Shown piece after piece: positions 28,477 through 39,342 of a DNA stretch of 64,000 bases. The stretch is taken from the IMG/VR virus record IMGVR_UViG_2974629863_000001, positions 70,974 to 134,973 of that record. One strand, 5' to 3'. The position numbers were made by a program, and so were the translations under genes. The notes beneath the pieces are model-generated. The model searched no databases, was not told the origin of the DNA, and saw nothing but the letters and a program-made list of their open reading frames with translations. Numbering within the stretch: position 1 is the stretch's first letter; every line of letters begins with the position of its first letter. The stretch comes from a virus (Duplodnaviria > Caudoviricetes).

Positions 28477-28902
28477 ATACGACTACTTAATTGCAGAATG
28501 TCATCAGGAAATTGTAACTCAACTTGAACACTTCTTTAATCTCACTGCAGCAAGATCACTTTGGGAACAACAGAATCAAGTAGAATTGCCGGATCTAAAA
28601 GAAAAGACTATTGACTTTTACATCTCAGAATTAGGTGTAGAAGATGGTTTACCAATCGCAGAAGCTATCCTAGGAGTATCAAATGATGATTGACGAAAGC
28701 TTTGTTGTTTCACCTAACTCGCTGGACGAGAATAACCCTCTAGAATGTCGTCTATTCTTTAATCAGGAAGAAGACTGGCAGGATCTAGATGTTTCAGTCG
28801 GGCATCGTTGGGGAGAGACCTATACAATTATGTTTACTTCAAAAGAAGAGTTTAAAGATTACGTAGCACGACTCGTAGCATTTAGGGATCAGGTGTGCTC
28901 AT

Positions 28903-29487
28903 ATGACGCTTAACCATCGACAGTTTTCACACATTTATGATCGCCTAGATATTAATTGGAATGATCTAGATTGTGTGATGTTAGACTTCCAGCCAATGCA
29001 TTTCTTAGATGTAAGTGAAGATGATCTATTCTATTCACCTAGTCAAAGGTTTGCTCAGGGTCAGGTAGGAAATAAGGCACATGTTACTTTGCTTTATGGA
29101 CTACTTCGCGGGATTCAACAGTCAGATGTAGATGAAGTTCTAGATGGTTGGAAGCCTAATCCAATTGTTCTAGATGAGATTGCTGTATTTCCCAGCTACG
29201 TGCCGGGAGAAGAGTATAGCTGTTTAGTAGCAAAGCCTAGTGCAGAAAGCTACGAAAATCTACTAGAAGCACATTCGCGTCTGAGTTTCCTTCCTCACAT
29301 TAATACATTTACTGAGTACAAGCCTCATCTAACTCTAATGTATGTGAAGAAAGAAGCAACCAATCGGGTAATTAATCAAATCAGCGATAGTGTAATCGGG
29401 ATGCACCTCGAGCCTTGGGAGCTAAATTACGGGGACGTACCAGTCGGTTTCACTTCGACCCTTGACACCGACACAAAGTTCGCCTAA
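28903..29487 (+). CDS. 2H phosphoesterase (Acb1/LigT-like)
   Basis: Two HxT motifs: AHVTLLYGL and YKPHLTLMY. Confidence 0.8.
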   Translation: MTLNHRQFSHIYDRLDINWNDLDCVMLDFQPMHFLDVSEDDLFYSPSQRFAQGQVGNKAHVTLLYGLLRGIQQSDVDEVLDGWKPNPIVLDEIAVFPSYVPGEEYSCLVAKPSAESYENLLEAHSRLSFLPHINTFTEYKPHLTLMYVKKEATNRVINQISDSVIGMHLEPWELNYGDVPVGFTSTLDTDTKFA

Positions 29488-29490
29488 GAT
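29462..29490 (+). promoter_or_regulatory. SigA-type promoter
   Basis: TTGACA(29462)-17-TAAGAT(29485), GC-rich patch. Confidence 0.65.
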
Positions 29491-29542
29491 TAAGCCATAC
29501 GCATCGAGCAACCAGGCTGGTGCGAACGGTAGGAGCCTAGAA

Positions 29543-30571
29543 ATGCCCGCAGCACTCGAACAGCGTGGAAAGTCTGTCAGCTTGTTCTCTCGTCGGATGA
29601 TCCCTTGGCACAACCTTGGACAGATCGTGCAAGACGATATCACAAGCAAAGAAGATGTATTGAAGTTAGCCAAGCTTAATGGTTGGAATATCCGACTAGA
29701 AGCCGATGCAGATCTATTGCCAGATGACTACTCTACTAAGCTTAATCTTTGGAATGTTGTTCGCAACAATCCTTGGTATGAAGATGGAGTGGACAACGGT
29801 GAAAAGAAGTTCGATGTAATCGGTAAGGTTGGTTCTCGATACAATCCTCTTCAGAATGAAGAACTAGCAGAGTTCGCAGAAAGTCTTCTAGCTGGTGGTC
29901 GTTGGGAAACGGCAGGATCTACAGAAGATGGAACTGTTGTCTTTATGTCAATGGCTCTCGATAGCAGCATTGTTATTGACGAGTTCGGTGTCAATGAGAC
30001 AATTGAAAGCTACCTTGTGGTTCGCAATAGCCACAATGCTAGTTCTCAGCTCACAGCAGCAGTGACTAACATTCGTCCAGTTTGCAAGAATACTCTTGAC
30101 TGGGGACTGTCACAGGCAGCACGCAAGGTGAACATTCGACACACAAGTTCTATGCAGGAACGCATGATCATGGCTAAGGAAACTCTTGATCTGGCAGCTC
30201 ATTACAATGAGGAATTCCAGGTTAGTGCAGAGAATCTTTTCCAGGTTCCTGTTACCAATGCAGAGAAGTTCGATATCTTCGCTACGGTTTACCCAGAACC
30301 GGATGAAGATGGTTCAAAGCTTTCACTGACTCGTTGGAATAACAAGATGGATGATCTGGAAGCTATTTGGAATTCAGACACCATTGATCCTATTCGTGGT
30401 ACTGCTTGGGGAGTTCTGAATACTCTTGAAGAAGAGCTTCAGTGGAACCGAGGAGTTTACAGCGGGGATGAAGAAGCATTTTGGGTAGCTGGTTCTGGTC
30501 TTGATGATGGAACTATCAGCAAGAAGAAGACCAATCTCTTCAACATCGTGTCTTCTATGACTCTGGTCTAA
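29543..30571 (+). CDS. DUF932-family phage/plasmid protein
   Basis: PWHNLG, GKVGSRYNPLQN, ETAGS, NSHN, IRPVCKNTL, IRHT, GTAWGVLN. Confidence 0.85.
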   Translation: MPAALEQRGKSVSLFSRRMIPWHNLGQIVQDDITSKEDVLKLAKLNGWNIRLEADADLLPDDYSTKLNLWNVVRNNPWYEDGVDNGEKKFDVIGKVGSRYNPLQNEELAEFAESLLAGGRWETAGSTEDGTVVFMSMALDSSIVIDEFGVNETIESYLVVRNSHNASSQLTAAVTNIRPVCKNTLDWGLSQAARKVNIRHTSSMQERMIMAKETLDLAAHYNEEFQVSAENLFQVPVTNAEKFDIFATVYPEPDEDGSKLSLTRWNNKMDDLEAIWNSDTIDPIRGTAWGVLNTLEEELQWNRGVYSGDEEAFWVAGSGLDDGTISKKKTNLFNIVSSMTLV

Positions 30572-30584
30572 GAAACTACATAGT

Positions 30585-30612
30585 GGCGGGACGCTAAAGG
30601 CGTCCCGCCCTT
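30585..30612 (+). terminator. Intrinsic terminator-like hairpin
   Basis: ggcgggacgc-taaag-gcgtcccgcc after the DUF932 stop. Confidence 0.65.
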
Positions 30613-31362
30613 AGTCATAGGATTATGATGGAAGACTCAGAACGTGAAAGAATGGAAACCTTAACACGGATTCTCAGAGCAATTAGATCCGACGCTGCCA
30701 GGTTGATCTACGAGAACATTGAGCTACGCCGTAAGAACGCACGTCAGGCAGCTTACATCGCGCATCTGGAAGACAAGCTAAAGGAACAGGGCCAATGGCA
30801 CGACGAAGAAAATTTGTAATTATTCGTGACAAAATTAATGAAGTCAAAATTACCAAAGTATGGCCTTGGCTCTTGTTGGGCTTATTGGTTATAATTGCGG
30901 GAGTATTCCTTGCAGAAACAGTACATGGTTTACTTTGTCTTCTTATTTTTGTCGGATTAGGTATATTAATATTTTCACCAATGGAATTAAATCTTACCGA
31001 CGATGCTATTAAATATAGGTGGAAAACTAAAGTTGGTCTTATCGGTAGAAAATCCTACGATCCTCGGGTGGATATTAAATCTAAATGGATTGATAGCAAT
31101 GATATCTACTATGATGCCTTTTTGGATTACTACGCTGTCTGCGACAACCCTAATGTAGGTCTAGGCAAATGGATGGATTTGTTCAATGGTCTCAATACCG
31201 AGATGAAAGAAATAGATGATCGAGTAAAGGCTCAGTCTATTATTACTCCAAAACGAGACTATGTTAAAGAGCTTCAGAATGTAAAAGAAGCGGATGAAAC
31301 TGTTCGATCATGGCTAAGTCAAGCTAGTAATGATGTATAATCAATAAAAAGGAGTGGTTATT

Positions 31363-31632
31363 ATGTCTATTGAAACCCAGGAAGTATCGTTCAATGAAGA
31401 AGCAGTAATTGATTTCGATTGGTCTGCGGCAGGTAGAAAAGCATGTGATGTCTGCCAACATCGTGCATATGTACGAACTTACAAAGATCAATCGGTACTT
31501 TTCTTTTGTGGACACCACTACCGTCATCATGAATTGGCTCTGGTTTCAGGTGCTTGGAATATTGATGATCAAACAGCTAAACTTCGCAAAGAAGTTGAAG
31601 ATATGAAGAAGCCTTCTGGAGATACTTTTTAA
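31363..31632 (+). CDS. Small Cys/His Zn-binding protein resembling a conserved actinobacterial family
   Basis: CDVCQHRAYVR...LFFCGHHYRHHE. Confidence 0.55.
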   Translation: MSIETQEVSFNEEAVIDFDWSAAGRKACDVCQHRAYVRTYKDQSVLFFCGHHYRHHELALVSGAWNIDDQTAKLRKEVEDMKKPSGDTF

Positions 31633-31853
31633 AATGAATTGCACTAAGTGTGAAGACACTGGCTGGTTTGCATATGATCACAATCACTCAACTGTATGTG
31701 ATGAATGTTGCACACATGATCAAGGTTGGTGGATCTTAACTGAAAGTCATAGATATCCAGGAATGCATTGTTGTAAAAACGGATGCGGATATATTAAAGA
31801 ACTTCCAGATAAGCCAGCCCTAACAAAATACACCGGACCCCGCTACCAGTGAT

Positions 31854-31882
31854 TTGACACCCGCACTCGCGTATGCTAGCCT
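31854..31882 (+). promoter_or_regulatory. SigA-type promoter
   Basis: TTGACA(31854)-17-TAGCCT with TG extension. Confidence 0.55.
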
Positions 31883-32750
31883 TTAGCGAACGTAAGGAGT
31901 TGAGCGAAGTCGAGTAAGAATAAAGATAGTGAAGAGTTTGATTTTGACAGTTATAGCCCAAAATCGATGTTGGAATACCGAACCGGAGAATTACTATTTC
32001 TATACTGGGAGAAGTTTCCAGAAGGATTACAAATTGAAATCCTAGAGATTGTCGAAGCTTGGGTAAAGAAATACCAAGAAGAGATTAAAAGCAAGATGAG
32101 ATGAAGAAAGTAAACGTAAGTCCAGATTGGAATGTTCTGGCTGTGATTGCACCACGTAAGAAAGGCACCGCCTATATGACAATTATGGGCGGAGTAGTTA
32201 GAGCTATAGACGTAGCTAAGTACAATAACCCTGAGAAAACTAAGTTCTTATTCATTACAACAGGGATTCCTAAGAGTGCATTGGATCACGTAAAGGGAGC
32301 ACTAAACATCTTCTACGATCTAATGCGTCCAAGGGGCCAAACACTCAGAGTGCGTACGCATGATTTAGATATTGAATTCTATGGCAAGAAGTCCGAAGAA
32401 AACTGGATCAATGAAGTGCTTCAGTATGATCCAGATGTGTTCTTAGTGGTAGACGACGGTGAAACGCCGGTAGCTAAGTATGCAGTAAAGATAGCTGAAG
32501 AAAACAACATTGAAGTAGTTTTGGTTAAGGTACCAAAAGCAACAGAGAAAGATTTCTAATATGCATGATTACGATCGAATTAAAGAAGACTCTTACCGGA
32601 GATATGAAATTCCAGCGAATTTTTGGAAAGAAAATGGATTCGGTATTAATGATCCAGAGTCAGAAGCTAGGCGTTTAATCGGTAAAGATTTTCGAGAAAA
32701 AGAAGCACGTGCCCTAGATAGTATCTACAACAACGGATGGTAAATAATAA

Positions 32751-33098
32751 ATGTCTATTTACACTGATATGGCAAAGATCATTGATAAGCGCGGACTTAC
32801 ACATGGAAGGCTTATTAATACAGACGGTGAATGTTGTCTTCTAGGGGCAAGGGCACTAGCTTTTGGAGAGCCCCCTCATGATCTTGTTCTTAATTCTGGT
32901 GACTATTACACTATTGAGGGAATTGAAGAACTCGCTTGGCTGTGTAAAAACAAGCGTTGGCCTCTACTTTCTCGCTCACCTTATGCAGATGATGTATATA
33001 TGTATAATGATCTAGAACTTGGTTCTGACAAACAATTAGCTTTTGAACTTCTAGAAGAGGCCGAAGCAATGCGTACCTCTCAGCTTAAGGATGATTAA
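32751..33098 (+). CDS. MSIYTDM/CCLLG paralogue family (copy 2)
   Basis: MSIYTDM...RGL...GECCLLGARALA...GIEELA...LLEEAE. Confidence 0.6.
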   Translation: MSIYTDMAKIIDKRGLTHGRLINTDGECCLLGARALAFGEPPHDLVLNSGDYYTIEGIEELAWLCKNKRWPLLSRSPYADDVYMYNDLELGSDKQLAFELLEEAEAMRTSQLKDD

Positions 33099-33099
33099 G

Positions 33100-33465
33100 A
33101 TGTCTATTTACACAGATATGATTGGTTACATCGAAGTTCATGGAATCGGCAAGGGTCATATTACACCTCAAAAGGACGATCCTTGCTGTATTCTAGGAGT
33201 TAAAAAGCAAGTCACTAGTAACGCTGAATGGTATAGGTCTGCATACAACGTAGATGATGCAATGGAGCTTGCAGAACTTTGCAAGAAGTATATGCCAACT
33301 AAGGCACTAGACTCCTTGAAAGACATTTACGGAGCAGATCTTAGTCGACTCAGCCCTGATCAGTGGGTTTATAATTACAATGATATGGTAATTAATACAG
33401 ACAAAGATCATGCAATTCGTTTGCTTGAAGAAGCCGAGAAGCTAAGGATTAAGAAAAGTGTTTAA
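33100..33465 (+). CDS. MSIYTDM/CCLLG paralogue family (copy 3)
   Basis: MSIYTDM...CCILG...YND...LLEEAE. Confidence 0.6.
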   Translation: MSIYTDMIGYIEVHGIGKGHITPQKDDPCCILGVKKQVTSNAEWYRSAYNVDDAMELAELCKKYMPTKALDSLKDIYGADLSRLSPDQWVYNYNDMVINTDKDHAIRLLEEAEKLRIKKSV

Positions 33466-33482
33466 AGGAGCGAACTAGCATC

Positions 33483-33839
33483 ATGCTTTCAAAGCGTGAT
33501 AGGGCTAGATTGGATATAACCTCAAAGGTTGCTATGAATTCTACATGTAGATCCCGCCACGGTGCGGCTATCTGGAAGGCTGGCAGTCTACTTAGCATCG
33601 GAATTAACAAGTCTCGACTTATGAATGAATATAAGACTTGGTGGGAAGATGGTCCAGTACCATCAGAACATGCAGAGGTCTCAGCTATTCGTCAGTGTGG
33701 AGATGCAGATCTTACAGGAGCGGTACTTTATGTAAGTAGAGTTAATAAGGATGGAAAAGAGATGTATTCACGTCCCTGCAACAACTGTGCCAAGGTAATT
33801 ATCAGCCGGGGCATAAAGACAATCATCTACTCAGTCTGA
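33483..33839 (+). CDS. Cytidine/dCMP deaminase family protein
   Basis: HAEVSAI and SRPCNNC zinc motifs. Confidence 0.85.
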   Translation: MLSKRDRARLDITSKVAMNSTCRSRHGAAIWKAGSLLSIGINKSRLMNEYKTWWEDGPVPSEHAEVSAIRQCGDADLTGAVLYVSRVNKDGKEMYSRPCNNCAKVIISRGIKTIIYSV

Positions 33840-35057
33840 GGTAATTATGAAAGCAATATTAGGAACTGGTCTTGCGGTAGCAGCATTCGTAGGGTATATT
33901 TGGCTTATGACTTGGGCTGGAAATAATAAACAAGCCGAAGAAAATCAAAAGATCGAAGACAATAGACAAGAAGCTCGAATCGAAGCGATCTGTGAAGAAC
34001 GTGGTGGTCTTTGGATTAATGATGAATGCTTACAGAAAGATTCAATCGTAAAGATTGAAGTAAAGTAATCAAATGGTCTGGCAGTCGGGTAAGGACTAGT
34101 AGAAGAATATTAGGACTGATTGGATATTATCGCTGGCTGCCTTCTACTAGTCACCAGAGCAAAGGAAACAATATGTCTGAATTTGAAGATAAGATCAATG
34201 AATTTAATGAGTATCAGCTCTCTAATCTAGCATCTGCATTTAGACTAATGCCAGACTACTATGGAGTAGAACTCAATCTCATTAAGATGCGCCAAGATTT
34301 TCTCGCTGAAGAAGCAGTAGAACGTCGCAAGCGTATGATGGAACGAATTAAAGAAGAGCAAGAGCAGAAGCGACTAGCTAAAGAAAAGGCAGAAGAAGCC
34401 TGGCTAGAAGATCCTGAAAACCAAGCTACTATTCGTGGTTGGAAAGCTCTTAAGGCAATTACTCCAAATCTAGACGGAGTAGATAACTTCCATCAGCTTC
34501 CACCTGCTCTACAGTATCGCTATGATGCTTTCAGGCGAGCGGTTGAGAATAAGCCACAGTTGCCAGAAGTAAAGTCTCATAAGCAACTATACGGTAATGG
34601 AGAATACACACGCATTCGACCAGAGCATGACCCATATTAGTATAAACGGAGAGACACATAAGCTACTCAGTAGATATGTGATCGGTCCACATGTTTATGA
34701 TGAATATCTCGAATTCGGCGGGACGCTCTATGATGAAGGAGAAGTAATCAATGTATATACTTCTGAGCAATGTCCGTTATGCGAAAGACTCTATAGTAAA
34801 ACGACTCGTAAAATCAAGACAATCTGTCACAATATGGTTATCAACCATCATTACGGGTATCCAGTCGTCATATGCTTAGACTGTAGATCGTATATAGAGT
34901 ATATTATAGATGGAGATGTACGAATAATTCAATCGTGCAAGCAATTCATCGATTCCGGCTTTCAGCCAAAAAATATGAAGAACTTCCTTTTGTGATATAA
35001 TGCATGAAGAGACTTAAGGTTTCTATTGCAATAGAACAAAAAGGAGGAAAACAAATT

Positions 35058-35222
35058 ATGGCAATTCCATCAGAAAGCGCAGCACAGCGATTTGTACGTT
35101 TCTGGGGTTCAATGAGCGCCGAACGTAAGACGAGAGGTCTAGACAATCAGTCAGATGAGCGTCAGGCACGACTTTTCGTTAGCCCATCAGGTGTTAGCGC
35201 AACTGGAAAGACTCGCCCGTAA
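35058..35222 (+). CDS. 54-aa protein in its own transcription unit
   Basis: Perfect AGGAGG RBS; upstream tgtgaTATAAT; downstream terminator. Confidence 0.65.
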   Translation: MAIPSESAAQRFVRFWGSMSAERKTRGLDNQSDERQARLFVSPSGVSATGKTRP

Positions 35223-35242
35223 GGGGAGAAGAAACAACAATT

Positions 35243-35278
35243 GAAAAGACCCTAAGTAACATTAGGGTCTTTTCTTAT
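35243..35278 (+). terminator. Intrinsic (likely bidirectional) terminator
   Basis: gaaaagaccctaa-gtaaca-ttagggtcttttc. Confidence 0.8.
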
Positions 35279-35680
35279 CTCTAAGGAACAATATGGTAGA
35301 TAGTAGAGGGCATAGACCCTCAAAAGGAAACCTAATGAAGCAGATCAACAATGTAGTAGAACTGCTTAAAGAAATTTTAGATCAGCTTAAAATGCTAAAT
35401 GGACAGACCAAGGCTCTAAAGAATGAGCCAGCAGGATATGATCAAAGTTACAATAACAACCCACCAGCACGACCCTTCAAGAAATAGGTACCATCATGAT
35501 TATTTCAAACTTAGAATACGATTTAACTAAGCTTCGTGGCGATTTCTACTGGGAGGGTTGGAATATCGTCAAGTTTACTCCGAATGGTAGGGCAGCTTTC
35601 TCGCCTAAAGGATCTTGGCGTGACGGTAAATTTGGATATACTGAAGTATTTGAACCTCAGTCAGACGGAAAGTGGCATCT

Positions 35681-35971
35681 ATGAGCTTTAAAGATCAGGG
35701 ACCATGTAAGGGACTTAATACAAATTTGTGGTTTGATCTTTATGAACAGGATGCCGATACAGCAACAAAGACAGATAAGTTTTGCTTAGCTTGCCCTTTT
35801 CAATCGAACTGTTTATCAGAAGGAGTTCGTAATGGTGAAACAGGAACATGGGGAGCTGTTTATCTCAACAAGGGTAAATATTCTAAACAACACAATCGTC
35901 ATAAAGAAAAGCCATTGGCTAGTATCATGACATCTCATGTAGAAGCTATCGCAAAGTCTATGATCACATAA
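35681..35971 (+). CDS. whiB: WhiB-family transcription factor
   Basis: Four Cys (C..WF..CxxCPxxxxC) and GTWGA turn. Confidence 0.85.
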   Translation: MSFKDQGPCKGLNTNLWFDLYEQDADTATKTDKFCLACPFQSNCLSEGVRNGETGTWGAVYLNKGKYSKQHNRHKEKPLASIMTSHVEAIAKSMIT

Positions 35972-36045
35972 TCTTATTTAAACTTCATCTACATACTAAA
36001 TTAATGCTACAATGTTAGCATGGTTAAGTTAGTGGGTGAGGTTAG

Positions 36046-36417
36046 ATGATTATTACTGAAGTTGTTATCGTAGGCGTAGTTGGAGCTGTCGGTACGCTTT
36101 TTGGTGCTCTTTATAAGTCACATCAAGATCGTAAAGCATCATCTTTCACTCATGAGGAAAAGGTAAACGAAGGACTTCGAGCGGATATAGTTCGTAAAGA
36201 GGGAGAACTAACTTCACTCAAAGAAGAAGTCAAGCGGATTGAAGATCTATTAGACAATCAGCGTAAAGCTTACTGGGAACTTTATGATAATTATATGGAG
36301 CTTAAGATTGTAGCCAAGTCTATACTACTTAGAAATGGTTGGACTCTTGATGAGATAGAAGCCACTATAGCTAACGATCCTCCTTCTATAGGTCGAGGTA
36401 ATAACAATAATGGATAA
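36046..36417 (+). CDS. Membrane-anchored coiled-coil protein
   Basis: N-terminal hydrophobic helix then heptad-rich region; upstream tgcTACAAT. Confidence 0.5.
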   Translation: MIITEVVIVGVVGAVGTLFGALYKSHQDRKASSFTHEEKVNEGLRADIVRKEGELTSLKEEVKRIEDLLDNQRKAYWELYDNYMELKIVAKSILLRNGWTLDEIEATIANDPPSIGRGNNNNG

Positions 36418-36556
36418 ACAAGAAGAAAGACCGGATCTAACCAAATGGCGCAAGCGGGACGAGATTAGACGCTCTAGCGCGGCCAGTCCGGTACCATCCG
36501 GTAAGGTCTACCAGCGGAAACACAAGCATGTAAGTAAAAAGCTTGACCGCTGGTAG
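36410..36556 (+). CDS. 48-aa basic peptide, weak ArfA-like motif
   Basis: Manual translation ...RRSSAASPVPSGKVYQRKHKHVSKKLDRW; RBS gaggt. Confidence 0.45.
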   Translation: MDKQEERPDLTKWRKRDEIRRSSAASPVPSGKVYQRKHKHVSKKLDRW

Positions 36557-36572
36557 ACCTTACTGCTAGGAT
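36501..36572 (+). promoter_or_regulatory. Promoter whose spacer is one arm of a perfect 17-bp inverted repeat
   Basis: gtaaggtctaccagcgg(36501-17)/ccgctggtagaccttac(36547-63); TTGACC(36543)-18-TAGGAT(36567). Confidence 0.65.
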
Positions 36573-36591
36573 CACACAGGAGTAATTCACA

Positions 36592-37005
36592 ATGTACATC
36601 GAAGATATCGACATTGACGATTTAATCGCAGAAGTTAAAAAGATTGCAGCCGCTAATCCAGACCATATTTATACAGACAAAAGAGACTCGATGGGTTTCG
36701 GACAAGCAACATGTTTTTACGAACGTAATGGAAAGCCAAGTTGCATTATGGGACAAGCTTTACATACGCTTGGAGTTCCCATTGAAGAACTAATGGCCTT
36801 TGACACCACTCATCAAGGATCTATTGTTTCATTGCTAACTAAATATGGAAAATATGATTCTCATGACGAATATGGTGAAGATCTTGTAAGTAAGAAGCTA
36901 GTCTGGTTGAATGATGTTCAATATCTACAAGATACTTTAAAGCCTTGGGGTGTTGCAGTTGAATCAGCATATGGAAACTTAGTATCAGGAGGCTACAACC
37001 TATGA
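36592..37005 (+). CDS. Hypothetical protein, GKPSC family (paralogues 37382..37732, 45163..45549)
   Basis: IA.ANP...Y, GKPSCIMGQAL..LGV, Q..QD..KPWG. Confidence 0.55.
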   Translation: MYIEDIDIDDLIAEVKKIAAANPDHIYTDKRDSMGFGQATCFYERNGKPSCIMGQALHTLGVPIEELMAFDTTHQGSIVSLLTKYGKYDSHDEYGEDLVSKKLVWLNDVQYLQDTLKPWGVAVESAYGNLVSGGYNL

Positions 37006-37376
37006 AGGCCCGCGAATTTCTAGTTGAGAAGAATCTAGCTAAAGCCGGTACACGTGGTAAGTTTACTACTAAGGCTTTGCAGGCTTTGAAAGAAGCTATT
37101 GAATCAGGAACTACTTTTGAAGACTGGGATGCTAATGGACGAGTAGTGCAAGCTCGAACAAAGAAGCGAACTGTTGTTCTAACTCCTAATCTTCTAGCAG
37201 CCGCAGCAAGTAGTCGTAAGAATGAATTTAATGCCATGCGTGTTGTAGACGCTCAGGGTATTGAACTAGTAATTGAATTTTGTGCTAACAGTCACTCTCT
37301 TAGCACATGCACATGCGAAACCATCAAGGCACCCGATTATCTTCGGGCTGTCTCATTTGAACTAATTAAGAGGTAG
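37002..37376 (+). CDS. Lsr2-like AT-hook DNA-binding protein
   Basis: AREFLVEKNLAKAGTRGKFT resembles the Lsr2 DNA-binding domain R.W....G...RGR. Confidence 0.45.
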   Translation: MKAREFLVEKNLAKAGTRGKFTTKALQALKEAIESGTTFEDWDANGRVVQARTKKRTVVLTPNLLAAAASSRKNEFNAMRVVDAQGIELVIEFCANSHSLSTCTCETIKAPDYLRAVSFELIKR

Positions 37377-38936
37377 AAACAATGACAGTCACATCAGCTC
37401 AAATTATCCGCTCTATTGAAATAGCTGCAGAAGAACTTGGAGACTTTCAGTATTATGGCAATGAGCCAATGTCTGACAATTACGGAGCGGGTTACTACGT
37501 TCGATATGGCAAGCCTAGTTGTATGATGGGCTATGCCTTAGCTGAACACTTTACTATTGAAGAAATCATCAAGGTAGAGAACAAGAAGATGTCCAAGGCG
37601 ATGCAAATGCTTGGAGTAGAATCAACTGAAGAGCACGATCGTTTTCTAAATCGGGTACAATATTTACATGATAAAAACTTTAGTTACTCCGATGCAGTTG
37701 AACTATCCTATGAGGTGTCCTACGATGCCTAGATTTAGAGTAGTCAAGGGTCCAGAATACAGTCCCAGTGTAGAAATTGTAGAAGCCATTCGTTATTCAA
37801 TCGGTGAAGATGGACTTAATTTTCTTGTAAAAGAAGGCGTAGTCTATGATTCAACAAACTACTACCGAATTAAAAACTGGTTGGAAGTTGGGCCGGATAA
37901 GAGATGAATCAAGAGAATATTCCATCATGGGTAGAATACCCAGACCTTCCACCAGGACGTCAACTATTCATTAAGTCAGCAATCATTAATCATGGAGTTG
38001 TGATTTATGGCAACTGGAATGGTGATGATACTTTCGAGGGTGGAACGTATCAGGGCAATTACGAATACATGCGCAGACGCTACGCAGTCATTGATGTATA
38101 TGAAGACCTTATTATTCTGAGTCTAGGTTCAGTAGCAGCAATGACTTCAAGTGACAGTGATGATCCTTACGAGATTCATAAGAAGTATCTTGCAGGAGAA
38201 TGGTCTAAAGGGCCAACAATGGAACTAGATCCAGCACTAAATGATCTAGAGCTAGTATTAGGATGGTCAGGCGAACCTTGGTTCCGTAACGAAGGGTTGT
38301 AATTTTGTTTGATGAGGCTGAATTCAATCTAATTGAAGATATGCTAATGGATGATGAACTCTGGGAGTGGGACTGCGAGTAAATGTTATTTTCAGAGAGA
38401 TATGACGGCCCAGGGCATACTATAGAAATAGTCCGTTATTTGCCACTTAAGGAAGAGAGACTTGATTACATGCGTAAACATTCTACAGTCTTCTCAGATA
38501 AGACTCTATATAGATATTACCGATTTAGGCGTTATATGTTAGTAAAGAGGCACTTCAAATGGTAGCCTTCTTTTGGACCGCACTACTAATTGTCAAGATG
38601 TTTTTAGGATGGAGCAACATCAATGCTAACAAAGATTAAACAAAACCCTTTTACTACTCTTGGAATTGCATTAGGAGTAATTGCATTAGTAGTAATTGGT
38701 ATTGTAGACTGGGTAACACTCGTCGCTTTTCTTATAGCTGTCTTGGGCACAGCCCTTATTCTAGCTTTCGTTGTCCTGATCGTCTGGGAAGCGGAAGATC
38801 GAGAACAGCGCCGACGCGAATCCAAAGTGCGCTGACCTGCGACGATGCCTGTAAGCTAGGTGACTTCGGCCACAACTGTTGACTTCTCGACACGGTAACT
38901 GTAGATTGGAAATTGTTGCCGACCGAGAAGGGAGTT

Positions 38937-39045
38937 GTTTTGATGAAGCCTTAGCCGATTTGTATTACTGTCGGGGAGGACTTTAATACATTTAACCTGA
39001 AGTGGTAAAGATGCTACTTCTTGTATTACAGGAGAAACATCAGAC
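38937..39045 (+). ncRNA. Candidate structured RNA/leader
   Basis: gttttgatg/catcagac closing stem; tgtatta/taataca; gaagtggta/tgctacttc; cctg/cagg. Confidence 0.4.
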
Positions 39046-39300
39046 AGGAATAATGACTATGTTGAAGACTAAGACTGATTACGACAACCTACTCAATGAG
39101 GCTCAGTGGTATGCACAGGGGCGCAAGGATGCAGAAGGATTGGACATTAATCCGATGCTCTTTGGAATGTCATACCGAAATGCCTACAGAATTTGGGAGC
39201 GCAATCATAAGCGAGGCGCGAAATGGATGGGGCTAAGTGGATTCTTTAAGGATTACACTTCACACCTGGCAGCAGCTTAATTTTAAAGCTGCACCTGTTG

Positions 39301-39342
39301 CTATCCCCGGCAAGCTTATAAACTTAGGTTTGCCGGGGATAG
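39301..39342 (+). terminator. Long intergenic hairpin (terminator or processing site)
   Basis: ctatccccggcaagc...gtttgccggggatag; no clear U-tract. Confidence 0.5.
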
